The notes beneath the pieces were generated by a model that saw only the letters and a program-made list of their open reading frames with translations, searched no databases and was not told the DNA's origin. DNA of 64,000 nucleotides from the human T2T-CHM13v2.0 reference genome, Homo sapiens, in NCBI GenBank assembly GCA_009914755.4, contig CP068257.2, forward strand, positions 17,408,001-17,472,000. The letters run 5' to 3'. Positions 43,396 through 59,262 of this stretch are shown here, in pieces. The translations under genes were made by a program, and so were the position numbers. The stretch's first letter is position 1. The number at the start of each line of letters is the position of its first letter.

Positions 43396-45057
43396 CACGA
43401 TAAAAATTATTTGAAATTAGAGTCCATAATCAATACATTCATCATCAGATGCTTTCTTAGGTAAAAGAAAAATGAAAATACATTTCTTGTATTTTCTAAA
43501 TCTTGTGCCTGAGAAAGATCAAAAAGCATGAATAACAAAAATTAAGATTGTTAGTATTTTCACGTTCAATGAAAACAAATATATTAAAATAATAAAACAG
43601 TGGTAAATGATCATGTCAATTTATTACATTTTGATAAAAACACCTGTTTACTTTGAATAGAAGTAAGTCAACATGATGTCTTTAAACATTTCCACCTAAA
43701 CTGCTTTTTACCTATAATCAATCTTTTAAAATGTAAATATGTTTTGATTTTAGATCTTATCAGTTTGCTTGAGGCACAGATGTCAAAATGAGATATTTTT
43801 TAAATGAATGATCATGAGGAATTTTAGCTGTATTTTTCAAAAAGCATAATTTGAGTCTGGCAATAAACTTAACCTTAATTAGAATAGCTATTACACTAGT
43901 GATAGAAATAATTACTGATATCAGAATGTAATATATTCAGTAGGATGTAAGGTCCCCTTAGTATTTTGATAGCTAAAGAAGCATTGAGGCCATATTTTCT
44001 ATTAAAATAAATGCAACTTATTAAATATATGATTCAAAACATTTTGCATTTGTCTCTCGGTATGAAAAAGAGGCACATTTCATTATCAAATGTTCTTTTT
44101 ATCTTTTCCAATTACCCTGCAGCATTAAGAAAACACATTTTCCCACATTTAATTAAAGTTACGCATGATCAGCTTTAACTGGTAAGCACAAATAAACCTT
44201 TGTAACTTCTATGCTATTCAGTTCATCTACAAATATCCAGTCTCTAAAGTATCTTGTTGCTGATAATAGGCTGTTAAAATCAATTACTACAATCTATGAG
44301 GTGATCTAGACTAATTTTTTCTTATATATATGTACTAAATTCAACTTGCAATAATTCCACCCAACGTAACAATATTTTACATTTTTTATGCATCACTTTC
44401 TAAAACAGAAGAGGCATACTTTGACCTTAAAATTTAATTCTATGTTGTGGAATTTTTAAAATATAAATTTCAGAGTTTACTCTCATATTCACTGTTAAGA
44501 AAATACTAACTTATTAACCATTTACTATACCCCACACTCTGTTTTGTGCAGATAACTTAAGTAATGTAAATCCACAGTCAAAAAAATCAATATAAAAGAT
44601 AGTCATGCCTGTTACGTTACAAATGAGATAAATATATGTATGATATAATGTTTTGAGAGCTGATAAGAGTTAGAAATGTATCAGGTGAGTTAGAAATGAT
44701 TACATAAAAGAGAGATTGAATTAAAATATTTGAAGTCAAAAAGGATTCCAGACAATGACTACCACCTTAACATAAACAACAGATGAGGATAGCTTGGACC
44801 AGTGTAGGTGATGAAAACAGGTTTGATTCTGGATATATTCTGAAGTTTGAAGTAACAGGAAATGCTGGTAGAACACACGTGGATTTCTGTGAGAATGTTT
44901 TTTATTTTTTTGCTTTAAAATATTTTGACTTCTACTGAAAGTGGAAATGCTTTGGAAGAGATGGGAATGGGGAAATCTTTGTGTACATATTAAATTTTGA
45001 ATACTTATTAGTCATCCAGGTTGAGACAAAGAATAGACAGTACATTTATGAGTCTGA

Positions 45058-45391
<334 letters not shown>

Positions 45392-45713
45392 ATCAGCTTT
45401 TAAGCAATATTTAAAGCCATGGAAATAAAGGAGATCACCAAAAAATGATTCTAAATCATGATTTCTCAATGTTGGCAATATTGCTATGGAAGGGTGGATA
45501 ACTCTTTGTTTTAGAAGGCTGTCTTATGCAGCATTCCAGGCCTCTACCCACGATATGCCAGCAGTGGTAACCCAAAATGTCACCAGACATTGCCAAATGT
45601 CCCATGGGAGAACAGTCATCTCCAGTTGAGACCACTGACTGCTCTAGAATAGAAAAAAAGAAGCTCCAGGACTAACTTTTAGGATTCTCCAATGTTTAGA
45701 AGTTAAGGAGAAC

Positions 45714-46043
45714 AGCCGGGCTTGGTGTCTCATGCCTGTAATCCCAGCAGTTTGGGAGGCTGAGGCAGGTGGTCACCTTAGGTCAGGAGTTCGAGACCAG
45801 CCTGTCCAAAATGGCAAAACCCCATCTCTACCAAAATACAAAAAATTAGCCAGGTATGCTAGCAGGTGCCTGTAGCCCCAGCTACTTGGGAGGCTGAGGC
45901 AGGAGAATCACTTGAACCCAGGAGGTGGAGGTTGCAGTGAGCTGAGAGATTGCGCCATTACACTCCAGCCTGGGTGACAGAGTGAGACTCTGTCTAAAAA
46001 AAAAAAAAAAAAAGAAAGAAAAAGAAAGAAAGAAAGAAAAAAG
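45714..46043 (+). mobile_element. Alu (sense) with polyA/(GAAA)n tail and 13-bp TSD agttaaggagaac
   Basis: agccgggcttggtgtctcatgcctgtaatcccagcagtttgggaggctgaggcaggtgg ... cactccagcctgggtgacagagtgagactctgtctaaaaaaaaa(gaaa)n. TSD copies at 45701-45713 and 46044-46056. Confidence 0.9.
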
Positions 46044-47227
46044 TAGTTAAGGAGAACTGAAGAAACCAGCACTACCTCTGCAGGGAGGTCAGAGAGGGAA
46101 ACAAAGAATCAAACAAGAATAGGGCTCTGAAAGCAAAAAGAAGAATTTGTTACAAGAAAAAAGGAGAAATAATCCATGGCAAAAGCCATGGTTTGGTTAA
46201 ATAATAGCTGAGATAGGACTTGACCATTGTTTTACTAACATCAAGATGGCAGGAAACCTTATCAAGAAACACTTTTGCTGGAGTAGTGTGGGGACCTGGA
46301 TATTTACACTATACTAAATTATACCCCACAGATTACATGGAGATTGTAGAATAAACAGTTCAAATTGCAATGTGGATATCTGACCGTCCCCTCTTGAACC
46401 AGCAGTCAGTCTTAGAATCTTTTAATGTGGAACAAGCAGATAGCATATTCCTCATGATTTGATGAAATGTAAAGTACACAGTGTCAGGTATAAAGTATTA
46501 TGTAATATTCTATCTATAATGTTGAACTCAAATATGATCACGCCTCTACATGTAACCTACAGTTTACATATAATGGAATTAAAGGGATAAGCCAAATGAC
46601 ACTATAACCAATGAGAAAAATTTATAAAATGTGACATTCTACAACATCTGACATCAGCAATAATTTCATGACATAAGTATAAAAGATAGAAGAAGATGCA
46701 AGAATAAAACAGGCTTACAAAACATTAAAATGCAATTTGTAGACCTTGAGAAACTCTGACTTCTTAACAAATCAAATGTAATGAAGAATAGGATAACTGG
46801 ACAGATTTGAGTATAGACTGACTATTAGATGACATAAAGAGTTAATGCTATTTTTGTTGTTATGTCTGACAAAAGAGTGTGATTGTATTATGGAATGAAG
46901 TATTTAGAATATAGAACTGCCTGACTCTACTTTTTCATGTTTGATTGCTCACATCTTACAAACCTCACTGCTCCCTTCTCTTCTTAGGCCTCGCTATTAA
47001 GCAGGTTGACAATATTCCTCTTTCGGCTGGTAGAAGATTCGAAACACTCAAGCCTCTTGAATATTCCTGGGAACCCTCACCTCACCCCCAATTCTTAAAC
47101 ACAATGACATCTCCAAACTAGTCTCTTTTCCTTACTCTCTCAAGCCATTTTTCAGACCAGCTTGGAAAGGGTGTCTTGTCCTCAAAATGCTTTATTCTGT
47201 TAGTAATAAATATTTTCATACCGTCGT

Positions 47228-47265
47228 GGGGTGTTTGGGGGTGTGTGTGTGTGTGGATGTGTCTG
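47228..47265. repeat. (GT)n microsatellite
   Basis: gggtgtttgggggtgtgtgtgtgtgtggatgtgtctgt. Confidence 0.85.
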
Positions 47266-47389
47266 TACCATTATCATTATTGACATCTGGATCAAATTTT
47301 GGGTGGAAGTCTGTCCTTCTTCTCAGAGTGTCCAAAACAAGATGTAATGCTATAATGTTTGAAATTTATTGTAGTATATTTTAAAAGAA

Positions 47390-47468
47390 TAAAAGAAGAG
47401 AAAGAGAAGAATAAAGGAAGGAAGGAAGAAAAGAAGGAAGGAAGGAAAAGAGGGAGGGAGGGAGGAGA
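47390..47468. repeat. Purine-rich (GGAA)n/(GA)-type simple repeat
   Basis: aaggaaggaaggaagaaaagaaggaaggaaggaaaagagggagggagggagg. Confidence 0.85.
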
Positions 47469-48305
47469 TGAAACAAAATAAAAGGTAATAAAAATAAAGG
47501 AATAAATTTTAAGTGAGGCAACTACTGTGCTCAAATTTCTTAATTCTCTTCTTTCTGACTTTTACCCCGAGGCTGCAGAGGAAGTTTGAGTATTATTAAA
47601 ATGCTGGTGGAGAGGAGTATCAACTGCTCTTCTTCAGTTTCTTGACAGACTTTTTACTGTTACGGCATTTCCCACTTTTCCATTTCTGTTCTCACTACAC
47701 GTACTGAGCAAGCTCAAGCATATACTGCCCTGTCCTTGTTACCTTTGCGTGTTGAACTTAGAACACTATATGTTCTAAAAAAATCACAGATGTATTCCAA
47801 TGCCTAGGTCCTATAAGTATACCCCTAGGCTAACTACTTTCCTGAGTCATGACCATTCCTGCAGGGTATAATCAAGTTCTACCCTCTAACTTTAAATCCA
47901 CATACTCTTTTTGTCTCTAACTCTGGTTCTTCAGGTGGCTGTGAAGCACTCTGAAAGACTTTCTTTTCCCGGATTTCCAATCAAGGGGGTAGATTTATCC
48001 TCCTTTACACTAGAATGTTCATGTTTGCCCAGGGGTCTGTGTGTCACTGCCACAGTAACAGAAGATTAAGAGTCATTCATCCCTTTCTCAGTTCTTTCCC
48101 CTCTTACTGGGCTTTTCCGCCGGCCCGAAAATATTTGTAAGTGCTTTCCCAGCCTTTTAGAATGCTGAGTCTTGTTTTGTGCTTTATGGTACCACTTTGC
48201 AATTTGAGTTTGCCAGGTGTTGGTTATTGCCTTTCCCAATTCTCGAGCCATTATAAAAATGTCTTTCCATTTGGTCCTAGGTTGCAATACAATAAGAATT
48301 ACCAC

Positions 48306-48629
48306 TGTTATGGTTTGGCTGTGTCCCCACCCAAATCTCACCTTGAATTGTAATAATCCCCATGTGTCAAGGGTGGGGCCAGGTGGAGATAATTGAATCA
48401 TGGGGGTGGTTTCCCCCATACTGTTCTAGTGGTAGTGAATACATCTCATGAGATCTGATGGTCTTGCCTACCACCAAGTAAGACATGACTGTGCTTCTCC
48501 TTTGCCTTCCACCATAATTGCGAGGCCTCCCCAGCCATGCAAAACTCTGAGTCCACTGAATCTCTTTCCTTTATAAATTACCCAGCCTCAGGTATGTGTT
48601 TATTAGCAGCATGAGAACAGACTAATACA
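48306..48629 (+). mobile_element. THE1-type MaLR solo LTR
   Basis: tgttatggtttggctgtgtccccacccaaatctcaccttgaattgtaataatccccatgtgtcaagggtggggccaggtggagataattgaatcatggggg ... ctttcctttataaattacccagcctcaggtatgtgtttattagcagcatgagaacagactaataca. Confidence 0.85.
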
Positions 48630-48640
48630 ACCACAAATTA

Positions 48641-48983
<343 letters not shown>

Positions 48984-51900
48984 CTATCACATATACTTCT
49001 AGGCAATCACATTCTACAACTACAGTAAAATCCTAGATGTTCACCAAACTTGACGTTGTTCATGTAAATTAACCAGTAAATAAATGTAACTGTATGTCTA
49101 ATAAGATAATATTTTATTTTTTTACTCATACATCTGTTAATTCATTGATATTATGTAAGAAAATAATTATATATCATTCACTATTTAGGTATTATTGAAA
49201 AGTTTTGAAGCTATAAAGTAAAATACAACACATCTTTCTTCCTTCAAAGAAATCACAATTGACAGTGACAATAGTTTAATACATATATAATTTTGAATAA
49301 CTATGAAAATAGATATATCCATATGGCTTTGTGGGAATGCTGAATATTTGTAACTAACCCAGCTGAGAGGAGTTAAATGGATCTTGACCTTGCCTTGAAA
49401 GGACTTTGGCCAGTTCGTCTAAATCTGCTCCTGGCTCTCTGGATCGTGTATGATAGGAAAAATTCCACAGGAGAGGACCACAAGGGAATGTGTTCTCAGT
49501 TGAGGACCAAGTGCTAGTCAAAGGAAGCAGGTAACAGAAAATTGTGGTAAAAATGAGAAAGTGGTTAAGTTTATTTCCAGTGGTACAAGGGTTCCATAAA
49601 GCAGAGGAAAGGACTGAAGGGGAATCCATTTTAGGAGCTTCCAGGAAATGGAAGTTTTTGTGCTCTAAAAAGATAAGAAAATAAGAGGGCATAAAATTTA
49701 GACCAGATTGGGAAGAATGGCTTCCAAAGGAAGGAAAAGATGAGGGTAATGTTTAGAAATGACTGGATTCAAATATTTTGTTTCTGGCAGATGTTATTTT
49801 GGGGACAGAATGACTAAGGGTTGATCTCAAATAATACTTGGTCTATGAAACTGGTATAATGGATGACAGTAGCCATGTCCTTAAATAGAGATGCCCTATT
49901 CTCATGAAAGAAACTGAGGAACAAATTAGACAGAACTCTTTCTGTGCAAAGAATGTTTCATGGTGTTCAGAAGAATAGAGAGAGTGTGTCTTCAAGTGGC
50001 AGACCCTGTTAAAACCTGGGAGAACAGGTAAAATCCTGTCCTAGGGTATGGGTTAATGACTTGTTTTGATTAAGAACCATATTCTGAGAATTCTACTTAT
50101 TTGAGAAGGTAAATATCATCTACCATAGATTATAATTTTAAAAATGAATACTAAGGCAATTTAAAACATAAGTATCTTACAAAAGGTAACAGTGTTCATA
50201 AATATAAAATTTCAATATTATATAAATTCAATTTCTATCAGTTTTAATATGATTTTTTTTACTATATATTCATCAGAGTTCTCTGGAGAACAGGACAAAT
50301 GGAATTTTTTTTATTTACTTATTTACTTTAAGGAATTAGCTCACATGATTATGGAAGTTTGCAAGTCTAAAATTCTCAGGATGGGCTGGCAGGCTGGAAA
50401 CCAGGAAGAAGCTGATACTGAAGTTCAGGTCCAAATGCATCTGCTGAAGAATTCCCTTTTGCTGGCAAGAGGTCATTCTTCTGTTCTATTCAAGTCTTCA
50501 ACTGACTGGAGGAGGCCCATTCACATTATGGAGGGCCATCTGCTTTACTTAAAATCCATCAATTTAAATGTTAATCTCATCAAAAAATATCCTCATAGAA
50601 ACATCCAGAGTAATGTTTGAACATATATCTAGGCACCAGCCAAGTGGATACATAAATTTAACCAGGCTACAGTGGAATTAGCCTACAATCATTGATCATT
50701 CTTTAATGTTATAGTTTACGTATATAAGATCTGAAAAATGCCATTTTTAAACATTTGTATAGCAATGTATAAGTTATCAATTGCTGTGACATAGATAATT
50801 CCAGTTTATCCTCAATACTACGGTCTGAAGGGAAAGATAACTAAAAATTTATAGGGTCCATTAGAAGAATTGCCAGTAGAAATATTACTTTTACAGGTTT
50901 GGGGATAATGAGCCCCACATGGTTTAAACAAATATGCAAGATAAAACAGCCAGTAAATTAGTGCAAATAAGACTTGAATGTCAGCCTTCTGACTACAAGC
51001 CTAAAACTTTTACCACCATAGCTGTGCTTTAGAGAGAAATGTGTCTATAGTTGGAATCAATTTGTAGGATCAGAGCACTGAGTCCCTTTAAATTTAGGCA
51101 GAGCATCATTCTTCATTAGAGAGCCAGCATGTGGTAGGAAACTGATTAACTTATAGCTCTTTTAAAGGCACCCACAGGTATTCATGTCAGCAATGTACTA
51201 TTTACCAGTCACAAATCTAGAGGTGATCTTAATATGGAAATCCTTAATTTGAAAATAAGGACGATTTCATATTACATTCCAAAGACCGTAATTGTCTTTA
51301 AATTGCCCTTTTTTACTCTGAAGATTTGATCTCTGAGGCCTGAAATGAAACTTTAACATTTTCAATTAAATTCAAGCCTTCAAGGTTTGGTTGAAACTAA
51401 GAAAATGATTTGTGAACCTCCTTTTAAACTCCCTCTGAAATCAGCTTCAAGCTAGTAAAGTTCTAATTCTTCACATTTAGTCGAGTTATAAAAGAGAAGT
51501 TCCTCAATGCTAAACTTTAGTCATAAAGTGCAAGCTATGCCAAAAAAAAATAAAAAAATTTTTTCCAATTAGTCATTAGGCTTTTATTTCAATATCTAAA
51601 ACTTTTTTAAAAAAAAAACAGAACACAGCTTATTGTTTGCATGCATTGTTTAGGAGGTGAAGGCAGTAAAACAAAGCAAAATTAAATAAACAAAATTATC
51701 TTGCCTTCTATTACTTGGCATCTGAGAGTTACATATCCGGCAATTATAATGCGCACTATATATTTTTAAGGTTCTCTCAAATTCTGCGAAATATTTTGGG
51801 ATGTTTCATTTCAAACATCTCGGAAAGCTTCACTCCCTAACATCTTCAATTTACTCTTTCTAAAGTGATAACATGCTTTTGCTCCTTTGAGGAATAAACT

Positions 51901-52231
51901 GTTATTGTGATGTATTTTTTCAAGATGTTCAGAATGTGAGAATATCGTGTAATGACGTTCATAACTTCTGTTATCTGCCCTATTGGTAATAGGAAATCGG
52001 CCACGAAAAGTGATCATGGAATCCCCCATTATGTTGCCTTCAGTCTTCATGCTACAATATATTAATATCTTCCTCTCTTAGTTCCTCCCTCTTTGACTTT
52101 ATCATTCATTAGAAATCCTACTCTCTTATTTTTATAAGACTTTTAGAGAACTGAAGAATACTTCTGAAAGTGTGATACAATTTTGAAGTTCATCAATTAA
52201 TTTTTTTCATTTCTCATCTATTAGCTTATTT

Positions 52232-52528
<297 letters not shown>

Positions 52529-54552
52529 TGATAGATTTTTGATCATTCTATAAGATTAAAGATTGTTGTGTTATAGCATTGGTAGAAATTTGTGAATTAA
52601 ATGTAACAGACATTAAAGGAGAATTCAAAGAAGTTTATTTTATCACTATATCCAAATATACTGCTAGGATTTACACCTGGCCTTCCTTGTCAAGTGTTGG
52701 ACTTTTTATAGGCTGTCTTGCATCTTGAATCTATGGATTCCGGAATAAGGATGAATATGAAAATATTATAGAACCCAGTGGGTTCATGTTTCAATGAAGC
52801 TGGACATGATTTATCCTCTTAAATACCTTCATAAAACCAAAAGTGAGTTAGTAAAAATTTAAGTAAAGATAAAGTGCCATTTGTTTTCTGGTGTGAGATA
52901 TTAATAGAAAATAAGGCACAAAAATTGGTCCTAAATAGAAATAGCCAATAATTTTTATGTAAACTGAACAGCTGTGAAAACACCAAATATAAATTTCCAA
53001 GTTCATCTTAACATATAGACTGGAGTATTATGTATTAGGTATAGTTGCTATTTTGACACATTTTCTTCTATAATTCTAGAAATTTCTTATATTTACCTGC
53101 AATAAAAATTTCACAAATACCTAGATTTAATTTTGAAGAAATAAATAAATGAATGTGATTACAAGTCTTTAAACTCCAGTGGTAATTTGGGTATCAAAAT
53201 TAAAGCCTTTATATTCATTTATTATAAAATTTAAAGAATAGTCATGTATAAAAGTGTTCAAAATATTCTAAAATAACAGGTACCACTAATTATTCTTTTC
53301 TATTTTAGCTATTATCACCCTATACCAGTTTGTAACATACTAGCAGAATTCACCTTAGAAAGTCAAATCATGAATATTGCTGGTTTTATGTAAAATATCA
53401 AGGAGAGATGACCTTGTACTTCTTCTTACTGGCTTATACAAAATCAACTTGATAATGGATGTATGCTGTTTCTAAATAAGGCGTTTAATATTCAAATATT
53501 TTCAGTGACTGGGATAAATCACCCATTTCATATCTTACCCTAGTACCAAATGCATGGCCATTCATTCCGTGTTAAATATAGATCTACTAGAGGACCCATA
53601 ATTTAGCATTTTAGTTAAATAGTCTGGTCATGTTAGTATTTATTTAAAGAAAAATTCTATCCCATATTCTCTCTCATTCTGTATATCATGACTTTGAATT
53701 GGTGAGGGCTTTTGTGTACTTGGAGTTTAGGTCAAAGTAATAAATGGTAAGATTCAAAGTTGTGGAAACTCCATAATATTTTCAAAGTAAGAAAAACCTA
53801 GCCGTGTGACCTTCTAAACTTTAATATTTATACTGTCTCAAATAATTAAGTTGTGTATAAATTAGCATATATAAAAATGTCCTTATTTGTGCTAATTTAT
53901 GGGCTCTTCAAAAATAACACAAACTCACCACAAGTCACACATAAGCTATTATAGCACTGTGAAGAATAAAGAAGGTCATCAGAATTTGTTTCTCAATAGA
54001 AGAGTTGATTGTAGTAAGACTTTGAAATGAAAATAGGCACTTAAAAATGGGGCATTTATATAAAATATAAAGACTTTGACAAATCAGAAAAGCTGAAAAA
54101 TAAGAAGGAAGGAGTAAAAAAGGAAGACAATTAGAAAATAAGTATTAAAAAAGAAAAATGACAATGGATTATTATACTTGTTTTGGTTTAAAAATTCATA
54201 AAATTTCAGAGGAGAAATTATTTGGTACTAGAATTCTAGCAGTCACTGACCCATGCATTCTTACATGTGTCCTGTTTTCTTAGTTTTACTTATTCTTGTA
54301 GGTATCCTATTTTCACGGGAACATTTTTGTTTATCTCTATTATCTCAGTTTAATTGTGTCGCTCTCCCAATATTTCTCAAAATAACAAAAAACACAACAA
54401 ATTATAAATTACATTCCCAAAACATGTGTTACTTAATAGCCAGGAACAGTGCTTCCAAGGTGTTTCTTCAATAAATACAAAAACATATTCTTTAAATGAC
54501 TTCTGTTAAAAAAAAAAAACAAGAAAAATGATCATGTGATGTGAAGGCATTT

Positions 54553-54860
54553 GATATAGCTTGGATGAGTGTCCCTGCCCAAATCTCATATTGAAATGTA
54601 ATCCCCAGTGTTGGAGGTGGGGCCTGGTGGGAAAGTTATGGCACCTACCCAGTGCTCTCCTGGTCCTGCTTTCATTATGTGACCTGCCTGTTCCCCTTCA
54701 CCTTCCACCATGGTTGTCAGCTCCCTGAGGCCTCACCAGAAGCAGATTCCACTATGCTTTCTGTGCAGCCTGCAGAACTGTGAACCAATTAAATCTATTT
54801 TCTTGTAAATCACCCAGTCTCGGATATTTCTTTATAGCAATGTAAGAATAACCTAATACA
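54553..54860 (+). mobile_element. MaLR (MST/MLT1A-type) solo LTR
   Basis: tgatatagcttggatgagtgtccctgcccaaatctcatattgaaatgtaatccccagtgttggaggtggggcctggtgggaa ... aactgtgaaccaattaaatctattttcttgtaaatcacccagtctcggatatttctttatagcaatgtaagaataacctaataca. Confidence 0.75.
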
Positions 54861-54962
54861 GCATGTCAAAACTAAACATTCAAATTATGTTGGTTTGGTT
54901 TTACCCTCATTCAGATCTTTACGATCTCTTATCTGGATTATTGGAATCTATTTAATATTACC

Positions 54963-55945
54963 TGTAGGGAAAAGAGAGATTAGACTGTTACTGTGTCTAC
55001 GTAGAAAAGGAAGACATAAGAAACTCCATTTTGACCTGTACCCTGACAATTGCTTTGCCCTGAGATGCTGTTAATCTGTAACTTTGCCCCAATCTTGAGC
55101 TCACAAAAACATGTGTTGTATGGAATCAAGGTTTAAGGGATCTAGGGCTGTGCAGGATGTACTTTGTCAATAAAATATTTACAGGGAGTATGCTTGGTAA
55201 AAGTCATCGCCATTCTCCATTCTCGATAAACCAGGGGCACAATGCACTGCGGAAAGCCGCAGGGACCTCTGGCCTAGAAAGCCAGGTATTGTCCAAGGTT
55301 TCTCCCCATGTGATAGCCTGCGATATGGCCTGGTGGGATGGGAAAGACCTGACCATCTCCCAGCCCGACATCTGTGAAGGGTCTGTGCTGAGGAGGATTA
55401 GTAAAAGAGAAAGGCCTCTTGCAGTTGAGATAAGAGGAAGGCCTCTGTCTCCTGCCTTTCCCTGGGAACGGAATGTCTCGGTATAAAACCCGATTGTACA
55501 TTTGGTCAATCCTGAGATAGAAAAACCGCCCTGTGGCGGGAGGTGACATGTTGGCAGCAATGCTGCTCTGTTATTCTTTACTCCACTGAGATGTTTGGGT
55601 GGAGAGAAGCATAAATCTGGCCTGCGTACACATCCAGGCATAGTACCTTCCCTTGAACTTATTTTCTCACATGTTTCCTTGCTCACATGTTTTCTTTCTT
55701 CTCCCCACCATCACCCTGCTTTCCTGCTGCATTCCTCTTGCTGAGATAGTGAAAATAGTAATTAATAAATACTGAGGGAACTCAGAGACGAGTGCCAGTG
55801 TGGGTCCTCCGTATGCTGAGCGCCGTTCCCCTGAGCCCACTGTTCTTTCTCTATACTTTGTCTCTGTGTCTTATTTATTTTCTCAGTCTCTCATCCCACC
55901 TGATGAGAAATACCCATAGGTGTGGAGGGGCTGGCCCCCTTATTC
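54963..55945 (+). mobile_element. HERV-K (HML-2)-type LTR5 solo LTR (older LTR5A/B-like rather than LTR5_Hs)
   Basis: tgtagggaaaagagagattagactgttactgtgtctacgtagaaaaggaagacataagaaactccattttgacctgtaccc ... ctgcggaaagccgcagggacctctggcctagaaagccaggtattgtccaaggtttctccccatgtgatagcctg ... gtctgtgctgaggaggattagtaaaagagaaaggcctcttgcagttgagataagaggaaggcctctgtctcctgcc ... taattaataaatactgagggaactcagagacgagtgccagtgtgggtcctccgtatgctgagcgccg ... ctctatactttgtctctgtgtc ... acccataggtgtggagggg. No HERV-K internal sequence follows. Confidence 0.8.
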
Positions 55946-56074
55946 TTTATTATACCTATTTATCTACAACATTCAATAATGCAAGCCTGATTGTGTCAAT
56001 TCCTTCCTTTTTTTCCTAGAGCAATGATGCCTTCTTATTTGTATTTTTAATTGACCTATTAGTCTTATATATTT

Positions 56075-57375
56075 GTGGAGTACAATGTGATATTTTATAT
56101 AAATATACATGTGGAATGATTAAATCAAGAAAATTACACATTTCTCACCTCTTATTATTTTTAAGGTAAGGAAATTGAATTTTGAAATATACATTATTAT
56201 TAACTATAGTCACCCTGCTGTAGAATAGATCTCAAAAACCTTATTCTTCCTGTTTAACTGAAACTTTGCACTTTATGACTATCACCTCTTTCTCAAAATA
56301 GCGAAAAGCACAATAAGTTATAAGATCAGTCTCAACAAATGTGTCACTGAATAGTAAGGAAGAGTGTCTCCAATGTGTTTCTTCAATAAATACAAAAACA
56401 ATTATGAAATACACTATTTTTTTTGAAATTTATCTCTCCATTCTATCCTGCATCCTCCATCCCACCATTCTCTAGTAGCCACCTTTCTGCTTTCTGCTTC
56501 TATGAGTTTGACTTATTTAGATTACACTTATAAGAAATGATATTATAGTAGTTATCTTTATGTGACTGGCTTATTTCACTTAGCATAATGTTCTTCAGGT
56601 TCATCCATGTTGACTCAGATGACAAATTTAGTTTTAAAGCATGAATAGTATTTCATTGCTATCATTTGAATGTGTTCCTCAAAATTCATGTATTGGAAAC
56701 TTGATTGTCAATGCAGGGGCATTGGGAGATGGAACTTAATGGAAGAGGTTTGGGTCATGGGGCATCCTTCTCATTAATGGATTAATAATACCACTATCTC
56801 AGGATTGGATTCCTAAGAAAAGGGTGACTTCAGCCTTCTCTCTCTGTCTCACTCACCTTCTCTTGCTCTTCTGCTTTTCACCATAAGACAATCCAACAAG
56901 GCCCTTGTCGGATTCTGGTCCCTCAATCTTGAGTTTCCAGCACCAAGAACTGTGAGCCAATATACGTCTGTTCACTATAAATGACCTGGTCTCTGATGCT
57001 TTGTTACAGAAGCACAAAATAGGCTAAGTCATCGACTGTGCATATATGCCACATTTTCTTTTTCCATTCATCAATTGATAGATATTTAGCTCAATTCTAT
57101 GTCTTGGCTATTGTGAATATTGCTGCAATGGAGATAGAAAGGCAGATATCTCTTTGACATACTAATTTCAATTCCTTTTGGAATACAGAAGTGGAACGTA
57201 TTATAGTTCTATTTTTTGCTTTTTGAGGAACCTCAATATAGTTTGCTATAATGTCTATACTAATTGACATCCCGACCAATAGTTTATAAAAAATTCCTTT
57301 TCTTTGTATACTTTCCAAGACTTGTTATCTTTTGGCTTTTCAATAATAGTCATTTTAATAAGTGTGAGGTTAAAA
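56075..57375 (-). mobile_element. Old L1 (L1PB/L1MA-like) 3' end, antisense, with a ~175-bp foreign segment at 56262-56440
   Basis: Antisense L1 3'UTR/ORF2 end: gtacaatgtgatattttatataaatatacatgtggaatgattaaatcaag ... attattattaactatagtcaccctgctgtagaatagatctc ... ttctgcttctatgagtttgacttatttagattacac ... ggcttatttcacttagcataatgttcttcaggttcatccatgttg ... tggctattgtgaatattgctgcaatg. Confidence 0.65.
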
Positions 57376-58008
57376 AAGAGGAAGAGAGAAAAACATAGAA
57401 AATAAACAAATTTTAAATTGATATACAACATCTAAATCTAAAACTTTAAAGTGAAAATCATTAACAAATTACATCACCTATCCCAGGCACTCTACCATGA
57501 CCTCTCCATCCTCGCCACCTTGTACTATCCTTGGTTCTCTGAATATATTGTATAATATCTCAATTTAACTTTTTAGACAGACAAATACTACAGACCAGAG
57601 TGTTCTTATCCCATGGAACTCTCACTGCCACACAAACACACCAGCTTCTTATTTATCTACCTGGTATAATATTTTCCATCTTCAAGGATTATCTCAAATT
57701 TGACCTCCCCAAATTACAAATGGAATTAATCATTGTTTCCTCTGTACATTAACATTCAAACAAGCATTCGCCAATTGTGATTCATTCCCAGACCAATAAG
57801 TAGTTTAAAAATTATTAACAAAATATATATAATTAATAATCCAATATAAAAATTCTGATAAGATATTCATAAACATAAATGAATGGAGAAAGAGAACAAA
57901 AATAGTTTTAAAATGGAAAATGAATATAAGTTTTTGGTGTTTATCTTTTAAAAACAACAATAAATTAAACAAGGTGGAAGCTAAATACAGCTGCACTATA
58001 GAAATTTA

Positions 58009-59262
<1,254 letters not shown>

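Noticed and set aside
50192-50620. 142-aa ORF
   Set aside because: AT-rich, Ile/Asn/Phe-rich low-complexity translation. No homology recognised, and no supporting gene structure.
54250-54345. Possible additional old L1 3'UTR fragment upstream of the 120-bp segment
   Set aside because: Similarity to the L1 3'UTR motif ctgtctaactgaaactttgtacc is too weak to call by eye.
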